A stretch of 64,000 bases of DNA from Candidatus Woesebacteria bacterium (GTDB lineage: Bacteria > Patescibacteriota > Microgenomatia > UBA1400 > MFAQ01): contig DAOORK010000001.1 of NCBI GenBank assembly GCA_035389185.1, positions 446,218 to 510,217 of the forward strand, written 5' to 3'. The translations under genes and the position numbers were made by a program. The notes under the pieces were generated by a model that searched no databases, was not told the origin of the DNA, and saw only the letters and a list, made by a program, of their open reading frames with translations. Below are positions 9,022-19,025 of this stretch, piece by piece (position 1 is the first letter of the stretch; each line of letters starts with the position of its first letter).

Positions 9022-9471
9022 TTACTTAGAAAAGGTGTATTTGCCGCCAGCTTTTTCGATAGCTTTGATAGCTCCGGCCGTGGCAAGAACATTAATCTCA
9101 AGTGCTTTCTCAAGTTTGCCGGTCTGGACTATCTTAAAGCCACGTTTGGCTTCTTTGTCGCTGATTTTTAAGATTTTTATTAGAGCTGTGGCATCGACTA
9201 TTGCTTTGTCTTCAAAATATTTGGAAAGAATATCAAAGTTGACGACAATAGGCTGGAGTTTAATGACTTGGAAGCGGTGTTTACCTTTGATAAAAGGGGT
9301 ACGGCGAACAATAGGTAGCTGACCACCTTCAAACCAGAGAGGCATGGTGCCACGAGTCTTTTGACCTTTTTGGCCACGGCCGACAGTGTGACCGCCAACT
9401 CCTGAGCCATATCCACGTCCAAGACGTTTTTTGCTGGTTTTGGTTGATTTAGGAAGATTTGACAATAACAT
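9022..9471 (-). CDS. rplO: 50S ribosomal protein uL15
   Basis: RLGRGYGSG, GRGQKGQK.R, FEGGQLP, AIEKAGG. Confidence 0.98.
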   Translation of the reverse strand: MLLSNLPKSTKTSKKRLGRGYGSGVGGHTVGRGQKGQKTRGTMPLWFEGGQLPIVRRTPFIKGKHRFQVIKLQPIVVNFDILSKYFEDKAIVDATALIKILKISDKEAKRGFKIVQTGKLEKALEINVLATAGAIKAIEKAGGKYTFSK

Positions 9472-9476
9472 AGTCT

Positions 9477-10004
9477 TTAGGCTTTAAGTTCTTTAAGAAG
9501 TTGATATTTGCGAGCGAGAGTTTCAATCTGTTTTAGGGCTTTGAAAGTAGCGCGAGCGTTACTGGTCTTGTTGCCAGAGCCTAATGATTTACAGACGATG
9601 TCGGTGATTCCAGAAGCTTCAACGACGGCACGGACGGAAGAACCAGCGATAATACCGGTACCTTTGGGAGCAGGACGGAAAAGAACCTTGGCGGCGCCGT
9701 ATTTGGAGATGGTTTCGTAAGGAATAGTGCCGTTGACCAGAGGAACCTGGACAAGATCACGATTACCGAGGCGGATGGCTTTTTTGATGGCATCAGCGAC
9801 GTTAGGAGCCTTGGCAAGACCGAGGCCGACCTTACCTTTTTTGTCACCGGTAACGACTAAGGCTGAAAAGGAGACATTGTTGCCACCTTGAGTTTTTTTG
9901 CTAACACGGCGGATCTGAAGAACTTGTTCAAAACCATCTTGCTGAGGACGGTCATCTCTTCTGGGACCACGCATGTTGTTGTTGGGTTTATTTGAAGGAT
10001 TCAT
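9477..10004 (-). CDS. rpsE: 30S ribosomal protein uS5
   Basis: IRRVSK...GG, FSALVVTGD, PAPKGTGIIAG, KSLGS. Confidence 0.98.
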   Translation of the reverse strand: MNPSNKPNNNMRGPRRDDRPQQDGFEQVLQIRRVSKKTQGGNNVSFSALVVTGDKKGKVGLGLAKAPNVADAIKKAIRLGNRDLVQVPLVNGTIPYETISKYGAAKVLFRPAPKGTGIIAGSSVRAVVEASGITDIVCKSLGSGNKTSNARATFKALKQIETLARKYQLLKELKA

Positions 10005-10009
10005 ATGAT

Positions 10010-10357
10010 TTAGAATTTGATGCCTGATTTTCTAACAGCTTCAGCTAAGGCTTTAACACGACCATGGAAGCGATAAGCACCACGATCAAAGATTATGGTC
10101 TCGATTTTGTTGGCTTTGGCTTTTTCTCCAAGTAAAGTGCCGACTTCGATGGCCTGAGCAACCTTGGTGCCTTTGAATTTTTTAAGGCTTTGGGAAGTGG
10201 CTGACGCCAGAACTTTGCCTTCTCTATCAATAATTTGAGCCGAGATGTGCTGGTTAGAACGAAGCACAGTGAGTCGGGGTAGGGTGTTTCCGGCTAAAAG
10301 CTTGGCACGCACACGGTGCTGTCTTCTGGCCTGGGGGGTTGAGATGTTTTGAATCAT
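10010..10357 (-). CDS. rplR: 50S ribosomal protein uL18
   Basis: PRL.V.RSN.HI.AQII, FDRG.YRFHGRVKALA. Confidence 0.98.
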   Translation of the reverse strand: MIQNISTPQARRQHRVRAKLLAGNTLPRLTVLRSNQHISAQIIDREGKVLASATSQSLKKFKGTKVAQAIEVGTLLGEKAKANKIETIIFDRGAYRFHGRVKALAEAVRKSGIKF

Positions 10358-10375
10358 TTTTGTTGTTAATAATTA

Positions 10376-10924
10376 TTAAGCGGCGGCTTTGGCAGCGGTC
10401 TTACCTTGTTTCTTGATAACCACTTCGTCAACATAGCGAACACCTTTGCCTTTGTAAGGTTCGGGTTTCTTGAGCTCACGAATATTTGCGGCAACTTGAC
10501 CGACCAGCTGTTTGTCGATTCCGGAAATATGAATTTTGTCTTGTCCTTCGACGGTGATGGTGACTCCTTCGACTTTTTTGAAAACAACCGGATGTGAGAA
10601 ACCAAGAGAAAGGGAAATACCATCTGGATGGTTGGCAACACGATAACCGGTTCCTAGGAGCTGGAGATGTTTTTCATAACCTTCAGTAACTCCGGTAACA
10701 CAGTTCTGAGCCAAACGTCGGGCAAGACCGTGAAGGGCGCGAACTGCGGGGATATCGTTCTCACGGGTAAAAGTGAGGACTTTGTCTTGCTGTTCGACTT
10801 TGATACCTTCTGGGATAACCGATTCGAGGGTTCCTTTGGGACCTGTGAATTTAAGGGATTTGTCGAGTTTTTCAACTTGGACATTATCCGGGAGATATAG
10901 GGGTTTGCGGCCAATTCGACTCAT
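10376..10924 (-). CDS. rplF: 50S ribosomal protein uL6
   Basis: MSRIG, GPKGTL, LGFSHPV, PEPYKGKG. Confidence 0.98.
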   Translation of the reverse strand: MSRIGRKPLYLPDNVQVEKLDKSLKFTGPKGTLESVIPEGIKVEQQDKVLTFTRENDIPAVRALHGLARRLAQNCVTGVTEGYEKHLQLLGTGYRVANHPDGISLSLGFSHPVVFKKVEGVTITVEGQDKIHISGIDKQLVGQVAANIRELKKPEPYKGKGVRYVDEVVIKKQGKTAAKAAA

Positions 10925-10929
10925 ATTTT

Positions 10930-11319
10930 TTACCAAATTTGACAGATAACTTCACCGCCAAGATGTTTTTCTCTAGCGGTTTTACCGGTCATAAGACCAG
11001 CGGATGTTGAAACAATAGTAGTGCCGGCGCCAGACAAGGCCTGGGGAATTTCGTTGTAACCGGAGTAGATACGAACACTGCTCTTACTGACACGCTTGAT
11101 GCCGGTAATTGCCGGAAGATTTTTGTCGAAGTAGCGAAGGGTCATAATCATTTTCTTTGAAGGCTTTGTGTTTTCAACAGAAAAATCAACAATAAAACCT
11201 TCTTTTTTGAGGAGTTGGGCTAAACCTTCACAGGTGTTGGTGTGTTTGGCCTCGACCACATCTTTTTTGGCCATGTACCCATTTCTGATAATAGTGAGAA
11301 AATCTGCGATAGTATCCAT
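10930..11319 (-). CDS. rpsH: 30S ribosomal protein uS8
   Basis: DTIADFLT.IRN, LKKEGFI, IVSTS.G.MT, GGEV. Confidence 0.98.
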   Translation of the reverse strand: MDTIADFLTIIRNGYMAKKDVVEAKHTNTCEGLAQLLKKEGFIVDFSVENTKPSKKMIMTLRYFDKNLPAITGIKRVSKSSVRIYSGYNEIPQALSGAGTTIVSTSAGLMTGKTAREKHLGGEVICQIW

Positions 11320-11320
11320 A

Positions 11321-11506
11321 TTATTTTGACATTTTGTAAACGCCTGGTAACTCGCCCTTGTGAGCTAGTTCTCTGAAACATAAACGACAAAGACCAAAGA
11401 TGCGAATAACTCCACGAGGTCTGCCACAGAGCTGGCAACGACGATGGTCACGAGTGGAGTGACCTTTTAGTCTTAGTGTTTTAGCGATTTTACTTTTTTT
11501 AGCCAT
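11321..11506 (-). CDS. rpsN: 30S ribosomal protein uS14 (type Z, Zn-binding)
   Basis: 61 aa, [24 protein letters not shown]. Confidence 0.97.
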   Translation of the reverse strand: MAKKSKIAKTLRLKGHSTRDHRRCQLCGRPRGVIRIFGLCRLCFRELAHKGELPGVYKMSK

Positions 11507-11516
11507 GTTTTTCTAA

Positions 11517-12065
11517 TTAGCTTTCTTTGGTAAAAGGCATGCCGAGAGCGGTGAGAAGTTTCAGGGAAGACTCCGCATCTTTAGCACTGGTGGAGATAGT
11601 GATTTCCAAGCCTTGAATCCTGCCTATTTTATCATACTCGACCTCGGGAAACACGATCTGTTCGGAGAGACCAAGAGTATAGTTTCCGTTTTGGTCGAAA
11701 GTTTTGCGGGAAACGCCCTGAAAGTCCTTGATACGAGGAAGGACAATAGAGGTTAACTTTTGGAAAAAGTCATACATGCGATTGCCGTGAAGCGTAATTT
11801 TGAGACCAACGACTTCACCCTCACGAAGATTGAAAGCAGCAATACTGTGTTTGGCTTTTGTTTCTAAAGGGGTCTGACCGGTGACAATGGCCATCCAAGC
11901 CTTGGTTTTGGCTAGAAGCTCCTTGTCGGTTTTGAATTCGCGTGAAGAAGTGTTGAGGGTGATCTTAACCAACTTGGGTGTGGCTTCAACAGAAGAAAGC
12001 CCTAACTCTTTTTGAAGAGCCGGACGGATTTCTTTTAAATAGTTTTCTTTGAGAGATTGTGTCAT
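11517..12065 (-). CDS. rplE: 50S ribosomal protein uL5
   Basis: TGQ.P, SIAAF.LREG, LPRIKDFQG, GNYTLG, LGMPF. Confidence 0.98.
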   Translation of the reverse strand: MTQSLKENYLKEIRPALQKELGLSSVEATPKLVKITLNTSSREFKTDKELLAKTKAWMAIVTGQTPLETKAKHSIAAFNLREGEVVGLKITLHGNRMYDFFQKLTSIVLPRIKDFQGVSRKTFDQNGNYTLGLSEQIVFPEVEYDKIGRIQGLEITISTSAKDAESSLKLLTALGMPFTKES

Positions 12066-12388
12066 TTTTTCTTAGTTTCATTGGTGATAATTTGGCGACA
12101 GCGATGACAAACTCTGACTTTGGGTTCTTGGGAGGCATCAAATCCAACACGAGTAGCCTTGCCACAACTTGGACAGACTAGGGCGACTGAAGCGGTTGAG
12201 ATGGGGCGAGGAAGTTCGAGTATTTTCCCCTGCTCATTACCTTTGGCTTTGAGGTGTTTTTTGTAGATATTTAGGCCTTCAACCAAGACCTTTTGATCTT
12301 GAGGAGAAACCTTAATAATTTTGCCAGTGCGACCTTTGTCTTTGCCGGCGGTGATTTTTACAGTATCGTTGATTTTGAATTTGAACAT
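12062..12388 (-). CDS. rplX: 50S ribosomal protein uL24
   Basis: KOW motif V.ITAGKDKG..GK, VEGLN, CPSC..C..C. Confidence 0.97.
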   Translation of the reverse strand: MFKFKINDTVKITAGKDKGRTGKIIKVSPQDQKVLVEGLNIYKKHLKAKGNEQGKILELPRPISTASVALVCPSCGKATRVGFDASQEPKVRVCHRCRQIITNETKKK

Positions 12389-12393
12389 AGACT

Positions 12394-12768
12394 TTAGACA
12401 ACTTCGGGAGCTAGAGATGCAATCTTGGCAAAACCTGCGTCTTTGACCTCACGAGCAATGGGTCCAAAGATACGGGTACCGAGAGGTTGCTTCCCAGCAA
12501 TCGAATCAATAATAACGGCAGCATTGTCATCAAAACGGACGTAGGTACCGTCGGGACGACGGGTTTCCTTGCGGCAACGGACCACAACGGCTTTTACCAC
12601 TTGCTTGTCTTTGACGGTACCGTTGGTATCGGCACCTTCAACGGCTGCGGTGACGATGTCACCGACATAACCGAATCTACGGTGAGAACCACCGTGAACG
12701 AGCATGACTTTAATTAGTTTGGCGCCTGAGTTGTCGGCGACGTTTAGTACAGATCTGAGTTGAATCAT
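12394..12768 (-). CDS. rplN: 50S ribosomal protein uL14
   Basis: [34 protein letters not shown]. Confidence 0.98.
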   Translation of the reverse strand: MIQLRSVLNVADNSGAKLIKVMLVHGGSHRRFGYVGDIVTAAVEGADTNGTVKDKQVVKAVVVRCRKETRRPDGTYVRFDDNAAVIIDSIAGKQPLGTRIFGPIAREVKDAGFAKIASLAPEVV

Positions 12769-12992
12769 AGAACTTTAGTGATTTGCCAATGTTTATTTTT
12801 GCTCATAGGACGAATTTCTTTGAGTTGAACACGATCGCCTTCTTTGGCTCCAACTTCGTTGTGAGCAGCGTAGGATTTGTTGACCTTGATACGTTTGAGG
12901 TATTTGGGGTGAACTTGAAAATGAACGACATCAACGATGGCTGTTTTGACCATTTTGGCGCTTTTGACGATTCCAACGAGTTGTTTTTTCAT
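12765..12992 (-). CDS. rpsQ: 30S ribosomal protein uS17
   Basis: KM.KT, HPKY.K, GD.V...E.RPMSK.K.W. Confidence 0.97.
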   Translation of the reverse strand: MKKQLVGIVKSAKMVKTAIVDVVHFQVHPKYLKRIKVNKSYAAHNEVGAKEGDRVQLKEIRPMSKNKHWQITKVL

Positions 12993-12993
12993 A

Positions 12994-13158
12994 TTATTTA
13001 GATTTAGTTAAGTGCTGAGCAATTTGCTTTTTGATTTTTTTGTGAGCATTAGTGTTTTTCTCATGACCAGCTTTGATCTTAAGCCTGATTTCAGCAAGCT
13101 TGATTTTTAACTCGTCGAGAGATTCCTGAGCGGTGTTTTCGATTTTGGCTTTAGGCAT
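12994..13158 (-). CDS. rpmC: 50S ribosomal protein uL29 (54 aa, not in ORF track)
   Basis: Manual translation MPKAKIENTAQESLDELKIKLAEIRLKIKAGHEKNTNAHKKIKKQIAQHLTKSK at the canonical rplP-rpsQ position. Confidence 0.9.
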   Translation of the reverse strand: MPKAKIENTAQESLDELKIKLAEIRLKIKAGHEKNTNAHKKIKKQIAQHLTKSK

Positions 13159-13564
13159 TGTCTTTTTCTACAAATTTAGTTTTAACTGAGATTTTGTGAC
13201 TAGCTAAACGAACGGCTTCGGCGGCAATTTCACGAGGAACACCGGAGAGCTCCATAAGAATCTGACCGGGTTTAACAACGGCCACATAAGCAGAGACATC
13301 AGACTTGCCTGAACCCATACGAGCACCGGGGGTTTTCCAACCGATTGGTTTCTGAGGAAAAACACGAAGGAAGAATTTACCAACACGTTTAGTGTGGTGA
13401 GTAATGGTACGACGAGCAGATTCGATCTCAGCGGCAGACATCCAACCGCATGTTTCGGCTTTGATTCCGTAGTCACCGAAGGCAAGGAAGTTGCTGCGAG
13501 TAGCAACGCCCCCCATGGAGCCTCTGAACTCTTTTCTGTATTTACGTCTTGATGGTTGTAGCAT
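13151..13564 (-). CDS. rplP: 50S ribosomal protein uL16
   Basis: MLQP.R.KYRK..RG, IESARR, RMGSGK. Confidence 0.98.
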   Translation of the reverse strand: MLQPSRRKYRKEFRGSMGGVATRSNFLAFGDYGIKAETCGWMSAAEIESARRTITHHTKRVGKFFLRVFPQKPIGWKTPGARMGSGKSDVSAYVAVVKPGQILMELSGVPREIAAEAVRLASHKISVKTKFVEKDNA

Positions 13565-13587
13565 AGTCTTTGATTGTTTTTGTGATT

Positions 13588-14241
13588 TTAGATAACGATG
13601 TCACCGGTATAGATCCAAACTTTGATGCCGACATAACCGGAACGAGTAAGAGCAGGTTTTTCGATATAGTCGATATTGGCACGAAGAGTTTGAGTAGGAA
13701 TACGGCCTTGTTTGAATTTTTCGGTACGAGCAATTTCGGCACCGTCGATACGGCCAGAAAAAACGACCTTAACACCTTTAGCACCAGCGGCCATGACTTT
13801 TTCGATAGCTTGGTTAGCAGCACGACGGAAGGGATAACGGTGTTCAAGCTGGTTAGCAAGACGGTCGGCAATAATACCAGCGGAGAGCTCAGGATTTTTG
13901 ATCTCAATTGGATGGAGGTTCACTTTGACAGCGTTTTTTGCTTTGTTGTTGATCTTGAGAAGCTTCTCAACATCTTTTTTGAGTTGTTCAAGGGATGAAC
14001 CACCACGTCCGATAACGACACCGGGACGAGAAACATACATGTAAATATCAATAGTGTTAATGCTACGCTTGATCTCAATGTTGGTGATTCCAGCGAGTTT
14101 TAATTTTTCCTCCAAATAACGGCGAATTTTGTTGTCCTCAAGAACGAGTTTGCTGTAGTTCTTGAAGTTACTAAACCAGACCGATTTGGTAGGAAAGATA
14201 TAGCCGGTTCTTAAAATGATTGGATTAACTTTTTTACCCAT
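13588..14241 (-). CDS. rpsC: 30S ribosomal protein uS3
   Basis: MG.KVNP, RPGVVIG, SGR..GAEIAR, TLRANIDY, GIKVWIY. Confidence 0.98.
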   Translation of the reverse strand: MGKKVNPIILRTGYIFPTKSVWFSNFKNYSKLVLEDNKIRRYLEEKLKLAGITNIEIKRSINTIDIYMYVSRPGVVIGRGGSSLEQLKKDVEKLLKINNKAKNAVKVNLHPIEIKNPELSAGIIADRLANQLEHRYPFRRAANQAIEKVMAAGAKGVKVVFSGRIDGAEIARTEKFKQGRIPTQTLRANIDYIEKPALTRSGYVGIKVWIYTGDIVI

Positions 14242-14243
14242 GT

Positions 14244-14687
14244 TTATTTAGTTTTTTTAGTGACGGCTTGTTTAGTTTTTTTAACTTCAGTCGCCTTTTT
14301 AACCTCAGCTTTAGGAGCAACAACTTTGGGAGCGGTTACTCTTAAATTCAGGGTAAGATGAGAGGAAATTCTCTCATAAGGCTTAGTACGTCCACGTCCA
14401 CCGATGTGTGCACGTTTGATAGTGCGACCTTTGGTGGCGAAGGCGGAGTCAATAATGAGACTGTCAGGAGAAACCTGTTTTTGAGAAACGGCATTACCAA
14501 TCCCCTGTTTGATGAGTTTGGCAATTGGGTCGGAAGCACGTTTTTGAATAACAGAAAGTTGTTTGATGGCCAAAAGTGCCGGTCTGCCAACAATTGCCTT
14601 AAGAATAAGGTTGGTTTTGCGAGGAGATACAAGCACGTGGCTGGCTTTCGCGGTGATGATAGTAATGTTTTCTTTGTTAGTAGCCAT
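14244..14687 (-). CDS. rplV: 50S ribosomal protein uL22 with Lys-rich tail
   Basis: SPRK, KR....GRGR, SHLT; operon position. Confidence 0.95.
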   Translation of the reverse strand: MATNKENITIITAKASHVLVSPRKTNLILKAIVGRPALLAIKQLSVIQKRASDPIAKLIKQGIGNAVSQKQVSPDSLIIDSAFATKGRTIKRAHIGGRGRTKPYERISSHLTLNLRVTAPKVVAPKAEVKKATEVKKTKQAVTKKTK

Positions 14688-14693
14688 AGTAGT

Positions 14694-14978
14694 TTAGGTT
14701 TTGCTGAGTGTTCTCTTAACAATACGGCCGTGACCACGGAAGTTGCGAGTGAGTGAGAATTCACCGAGACGATGACCAACCATATCTTCGGTAACAAAAA
14801 CTTCTTTGAAGACTTTGCCGTTGTGAACGAGGAAAGTGTAGCCAACAAACTCAGGAGGGATCTGGGAAGATCTAGCCCAGGTTTTGACGGGCTCTTTTTT
14901 GCCAGCGACTTTCATACGCTCAATTTTGATCATGAGCTTCTCGTCGACGAATGGTCCTTTGATACTGCTTCTGGACAT
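14694..14978 (-). CDS. rpsS: 30S ribosomal protein uS19
   Basis: SRS..KGPFVD, KTWAR, VHNGK, MVGH.LGEFS.TR. Confidence 0.98.
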   Translation of the reverse strand: MSRSSIKGPFVDEKLMIKIERMKVAGKKEPVKTWARSSQIPPEFVGYTFLVHNGKVFKEVFVTEDMVGHRLGEFSLTRNFRGHGRIVKRTLSKT

Positions 14979-14980
14979 AA

Positions 14981-15736
14981 TTAATGGTTATAGCGATGTT
15001 TAATAATTACTTTATTACTGTATTTCTTTTTGTTACGTGTACGCTTGCCGAGAGTTCTCTTACCCCATGGAGATTTAGGAGATTTCATACCGATACCGGA
15101 ACGACCTTCTCCGCCACCGTGTGGATGAGAACGAGGATCTTGGGCAACACCACGGACTTCTGGACGGCGGCCCATGTGGCGTGCGCGACCAGCTTTACCG
15201 ATGATCTCTTCTTTGTGATGTTCGTTGGTCAAACTACCAATAGTAGCTTTGCAACTGCCTTTAAAAATGCGGGTTTCACCAGAAGGAAGTTTGACAGAAA
15301 CGATTTCACCTTCTTTGGATTGAACTGTAGCGTAGTTACCAGCCGATCTTACCATCTGAGCACCTTTGCCAGGAGTAATTTCGAGGTTATGAATCTGGAT
15401 ACCGATAGGAATGTTCTTAAGGGGTAAACAGTTGCCAATTTTAATTTCAGCTGTTTCAGAAGAGATAACGACGTCGCCGATTTTGAGACCTTTGGGGGCC
15501 AAAATATAATCTTTGACACCGTTTGCGTAGACTAAAAGAGCAATATCAGCGGTACGATTTGGATCGTACTCAATTGAAGCCACCTTTGCAGAAACCGCAG
15601 TATTTCTCTTCCAGTCAAGATGACGAAGAAAACGCTTTTGGCGACCGCCTTGGTGACGAACAGTTATTTTACCAGAAAAGTTGCGTCCTGACGACTTGGG
15701 ATTGATGGATTTTAGTTTTTTAGGGGTAGTCTTCAT
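14981..15736 (-). CDS. rplB: 50S ribosomal protein uL2 (N-terminally short)
   Basis: [37 protein letters not shown]. Confidence 0.98.
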   Translation of the reverse strand: MKTTPKKLKSINPKSSGRNFSGKITVRHQGGRQKRFLRHLDWKRNTAVSAKVASIEYDPNRTADIALLVYANGVKDYILAPKGLKIGDVVISSETAEIKIGNCLPLKNIPIGIQIHNLEITPGKGAQMVRSAGNYATVQSKEGEIVSVKLPSGETRIFKGSCKATIGSLTNEHHKEEIIGKAGRARHMGRRPEVRGVAQDPRSHPHGGGEGRSGIGMKSPKSPWGKRTLGKRTRNKKKYSNKVIIKHRYNH

Positions 15737-15742
15737 ATGCTT

Positions 15743-16051
15743 TTAGGATTTAAGGGCGGAAAAGATTTCGATCTTTTGACCGGCTTTGATTTTAACAATA
15801 GCTTTTTTCTCAACAGAGGAAGTGACGTGACGTCCTGTGCGGTGAGATTTTTCGGTGCGAGCTCCCTTTTTGATAGTGTTGATACTCAAAACGTCAACTT
15901 TATAAAGATCCTTGATAGCTTTTTTTATCTGAGATTTGCTTGCATCAGGGGCGACTCGAAAAACGTACTTATCGAGGGCCGAGAGAGCATAGCTTTTCTC
16001 AGTAACAACAGGACTAATGATGGTATTTTGATGAACTAAAGGTGTAGACAT
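15743..16051 (-). CDS. rplW: 50S ribosomal protein uL23
   Basis: PVVTEKS, YVF.V...ASK.QIK.A, KKAIV. Confidence 0.97.
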   Translation of the reverse strand: MSTPLVHQNTIISPVVTEKSYALSALDKYVFRVAPDASKSQIKKAIKDLYKVDVLSINTIKKGARTEKSHRTGRHVTSSVEKKAIVKIKAGQKIEIFSALKS

Positions 16052-16053
16052 AG

Positions 16054-16671
16054 TTATTTAGTTTGAGTAGAAATAACAGATTTGAGTCTTTCAACCAAAA
16101 TGGTGTAAGCGGCAGGAGTGATGACAATCTTGGGACATGTTGCTACTTTGTAGGCATTTAAGCGGGAGGCCGAAAGAAGAACAACATTGTCAAGATTTCC
16201 AACTGATTTTGTAAAACCAGCGTCCTCTTTGAAGTGAACCAGGCCGAGTTTGTCGTTACCTAAAACTTTGGAGGCAGATTTGGCCGAGGAGGCTTTAATC
16301 AAAGAGGCATCGAGAAGAGACAAACGGTTTTCTTTTTGATAAAGAGAAAGAATACCCATGAGAGCTTTTATCTTCATTTTTTTGTTGAGGGATTTCGGGG
16401 CAAGTTTTAAACCCTGAGGGCCGAAGACGATACCTCCGCCAACGAAAATAGGAGCAGATTTGGCACCATGACGAGCATTACCGGTGCCTTTTTGTTTGTA
16501 AGCTTTATGTTTTGTAAGATTAATCTCTCCGCGAGTTTTAACTTTTGAAGTTCCGGCGTGAGAGTTCTCTTGGTAAACGTAGATTGCCTGAGCAAGAAGC
16601 TTGGGTGAGACCTCCAAACTGAAAACCGAAAGGTCAGACTGGCTGGTGGTTGTGACTTTTTTTGTAGCCAT
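16054..16671 (-). CDS. rplD: 50S ribosomal protein uL4
   Basis: KTRGE, QKGTGNARHG, GGG..FGP, LNKKM. Confidence 0.97.
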   Translation of the reverse strand: MATKKVTTTSQSDLSVFSLEVSPKLLAQAIYVYQENSHAGTSKVKTRGEINLTKHKAYKQKGTGNARHGAKSAPIFVGGGIVFGPQGLKLAPKSLNKKMKIKALMGILSLYQKENRLSLLDASLIKASSAKSASKVLGNDKLGLVHFKEDAGFTKSVGNLDNVVLLSASRLNAYKVATCPKIVITPAAYTILVERLKSVISTQTK

Positions 16672-16676
16672 AGGTT

Positions 16677-17315
16677 TTAATTATTTGGATTCTTGGTAAT
16701 AGTAATTTTCGTAAGTGAACCTCGGAAACCGGGAATGGCGCCAGTGATTTGTAGAGTTCCGGTAGCGGCATCAAAAGAATGAACCTTTAGGTTTTTGATG
16801 GTGACGTTTTCAGCACCCATATGACCGGCCATGTGTTTACCTTTGACAACTCTACCTGGAGTAGTACCTCGTCCAATGGAGCCTGGGGCACGACTACGAT
16901 CAGATTGACCGTGAGTGCGGGGACCACCGTGCATACCCCAACGCTTCATAACGCCAGAAGTACCTTTTCCTTTGGAAACGGCAGTAACATTAACGGTTGA
17001 TCCAGGAGTAAGGATCGAAGAAAGATCAAAGTTTTCGGCTTCTTCAATAGAAACCTCCCTAATGTATTTAGGAGTATTTTCTAGGCCGAGTTTTTTCAGT
17101 TTACCCGAAAGAGGTTTATTGGCTTTCTTTTTGGTGCCAATAGCTAAGACAGTGGCTGAATAGCCGTCTTTTTCAATAGTTTTTTGAGAAATGACTGTGT
17201 GAGGATCTACCGAAAGAACGGTCAAGGGGATCCGCTTACCTTCGACGAAGGTCTGAGTCATACTCTTTTTGGTTGCGTATACTTGTTTATTCATTTTTTT
17301 AATATTTGTATTCAC
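16677..17315 (-). CDS. rplC: 50S ribosomal protein uL3 (start may be ATG 17294)
   Basis: K..MTQ.F, DGY.A, SKGKG..G..KR, THG, RAPGSIG, MAGHMG. Confidence 0.97.
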   Translation of the reverse strand: MNTNIKKMNKQVYATKKSMTQTFVEGKRIPLTVLSVDPHTVISQKTIEKDGYSATVLAIGTKKKANKPLSGKLKKLGLENTPKYIREVSIEEAENFDLSSILTPGSTVNVTAVSKGKGTSGVMKRWGMHGGPRTHGQSDRSRAPGSIGRGTTPGRVVKGKHMAGHMGAENVTIKNLKVHSFDAATGTLQITGAIPGFRGSLTKITITKNPNN

Positions 17316-17326
17316 CTTATATTTAC

Positions 17327-17420
17327 GTCGCCTGCTTGGCTAGTAAACAAAAAACGCCCCCGATTTTCGGGGAAACCGAAAAACGGTGAGGGGAGTTTTT
17401 AGTAATTTAAAGAAAGCGAC
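17327..17420 (-). promoter_or_regulatory. Structured rpsJ-rplC intergenic RNA (possible attenuator or ribosomal leader)
   Basis: Long interrupted hairpin 17349-17400 followed by a U-tract, enclosed by GTCGC/GCGAC. Confidence 0.55.
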
Positions 17421-17427
17421 ATATAGG

Positions 17428-17739
17428 TTACATCTTGATTTCAATACCGACACCGGCCGGGAGGTCAAGGTGTTGTAAAGAATCAATAGTCTTGTTGGTA
17501 GGATTCACAATATCGATGAGACGTTTGTGAGTGAGAATAGCGTATTGCTCACGAGCGTCTTTATCGGTGTGAGGAGAAGCGGTGACGATGATAACCTTCT
17601 TCTTGGTGGGCAGGGGGACAGGACCAACCACTTGAGCGCCTGAAACTAGGGCAGCCTGAATAATTTTCTTTGCTGCCTCATCGATAACACGATGATCGAA
17701 GGATTTTAGTTTGACGCGGATGCGCGGTTGGTCTGTCAT
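17428..17739 (-). CDS. rpsJ: 30S ribosomal protein uS10 (NusE)
   Basis: RIRVKLKSFDH, GPVPLPT, SPH.DK.AREQ, HKRLIDI. Confidence 0.98.
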   Translation of the reverse strand: MTDQPRIRVKLKSFDHRVIDEAAKKIIQAALVSGAQVVGPVPLPTKKKVIIVTASPHTDKDAREQYAILTHKRLIDIVNPTNKTIDSLQHLDLPAGVGIEIKM

Positions 17740-17778
17740 GTTCAAGAAGAATAAATGTGCTAATTAATTGGTTGGAGC

Positions 17779-18954
17779 TTAGGCGACAACCTTGGTAATA
17801 ACACCAGCGCCGACAGTGAGACCACCTTCACGAATAGCGAAGTTTTGGCCATCTGACATAGCGATTGGCTGAATAAGCTCGACAGTCATCTTGGCGTTGT
17901 CACCAGGCATGATCATCTCAACACCTTCTGGGAGTTTAACTTCACCAGTAACATCGGTGGTGCGGATAAAGAATTGAGGTTTGTAGCCAGTGAACATAGG
18001 AGTGTGGCGACCACCTTCATCTTTGCCTAGGATATAAGCCTCGGCTTCGAATTTGGTGTGAGGAGTGATGGAACCTGGCTTGGCCAAGACCTGACCTCTT
18101 TGAACATCTTCTTTTTCGATACCTCTTAAGAGAAGACCGACGTTGTCACCTGCTTGACCCTGTTCGAGTTGCTGGTGGAACATTTCAACTCCAGTGACGA
18201 CTGATTTGGTGGTGTCTTTGATACCAACGATCTCGACTTCATCACCGATTTTGATGATTCCAGTTCCGATACGACCGGTAACAACTGTTCCACGACCTTT
18301 GATAGAGAAAACGTCTTCAACAGGCATGAGGAAGGGTTTATCAAGATCACGAACTGGATCTGGGATCCATTCGTCAACAGTGTCCATGAGTTTCATGATT
18401 CCTGCTTGAGCTTCTTTATCACCTTCGAGAGCTTTGAGGGCGGAAACACGAACGATTGGGGTGTCCTCTTCGAAGTGATATTTCTTTAGTTTTTCGCGGA
18501 TTTCCATTTCGACCAATTCGAGAAGTTCGGGATCGGAAACGGCGTCAACTTTATTTAGAGCAACGACCAAACGAGGAACGTTGACCTGGTGAGCCAAGAG
18601 CAAGTGTTCGTTGGTTTGGGGCATAGGACCATCAGTCGCAGCGACGACCAAGATAGCACCATCCATCTGAGCAGCACCGGTGATCATGTTTTTGATGTAG
18701 TCGCGGTGACCCGGACAGTCAATATGGGCGTAGTGGCGTTTGGCAGTCTCGTAAGGAACGTGAGAAATGTTGATAGTAACTCCACGCTCTCTCTCTTCAG
18801 GAGATTTATCAATTTGATCAAAAGGAAGAGCTTCCGCTAGTCCTTGAGCAGCTAAGGTAGTAGTAATAGCCGCAGTTAAAGTGGTCTTGCCGTGGTCAAC
18901 GTGACCGATAGTACCAATATTAACGTGGGGTTTGGTTCTTTGGTATGTAGCCAT
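17779..18954 (-). CDS. tuf: Elongation factor Tu
   Basis: [48 protein letters not shown]. Confidence 0.99.
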   Translation of the reverse strand: MATYQRTKPHVNIGTIGHVDHGKTTLTAAITTTLAAQGLAEALPFDQIDKSPEERERGVTINISHVPYETAKRHYAHIDCPGHRDYIKNMITGAAQMDGAILVVAATDGPMPQTNEHLLLAHQVNVPRLVVALNKVDAVSDPELLELVEMEIREKLKKYHFEEDTPIVRVSALKALEGDKEAQAGIMKLMDTVDEWIPDPVRDLDKPFLMPVEDVFSIKGRGTVVTGRIGTGIIKIGDEVEIVGIKDTTKSVVTGVEMFHQQLEQGQAGDNVGLLLRGIEKEDVQRGQVLAKPGSITPHTKFEAEAYILGKDEGGRHTPMFTGYKPQFFIRTTDVTGEVKLPEGVEMIMPGDNAKMTVELIQPIAMSDGQNFAIREGGLTVGAGVITKVVA

Positions 18955-19025
18955 TTTTTATTATTTTTTATTAATTTTTATAATTGCTTTTTTTAAGCCT
19001 ATTTATTTTAGCAGATTTTAACCTA

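Noticed and set aside
17750-17760. boxA-like GCACATTTATT upstream of rpsJ (nusE)
   Set aside because: A single weak match in AT-rich sequence with no supporting context; cannot be told from chance.
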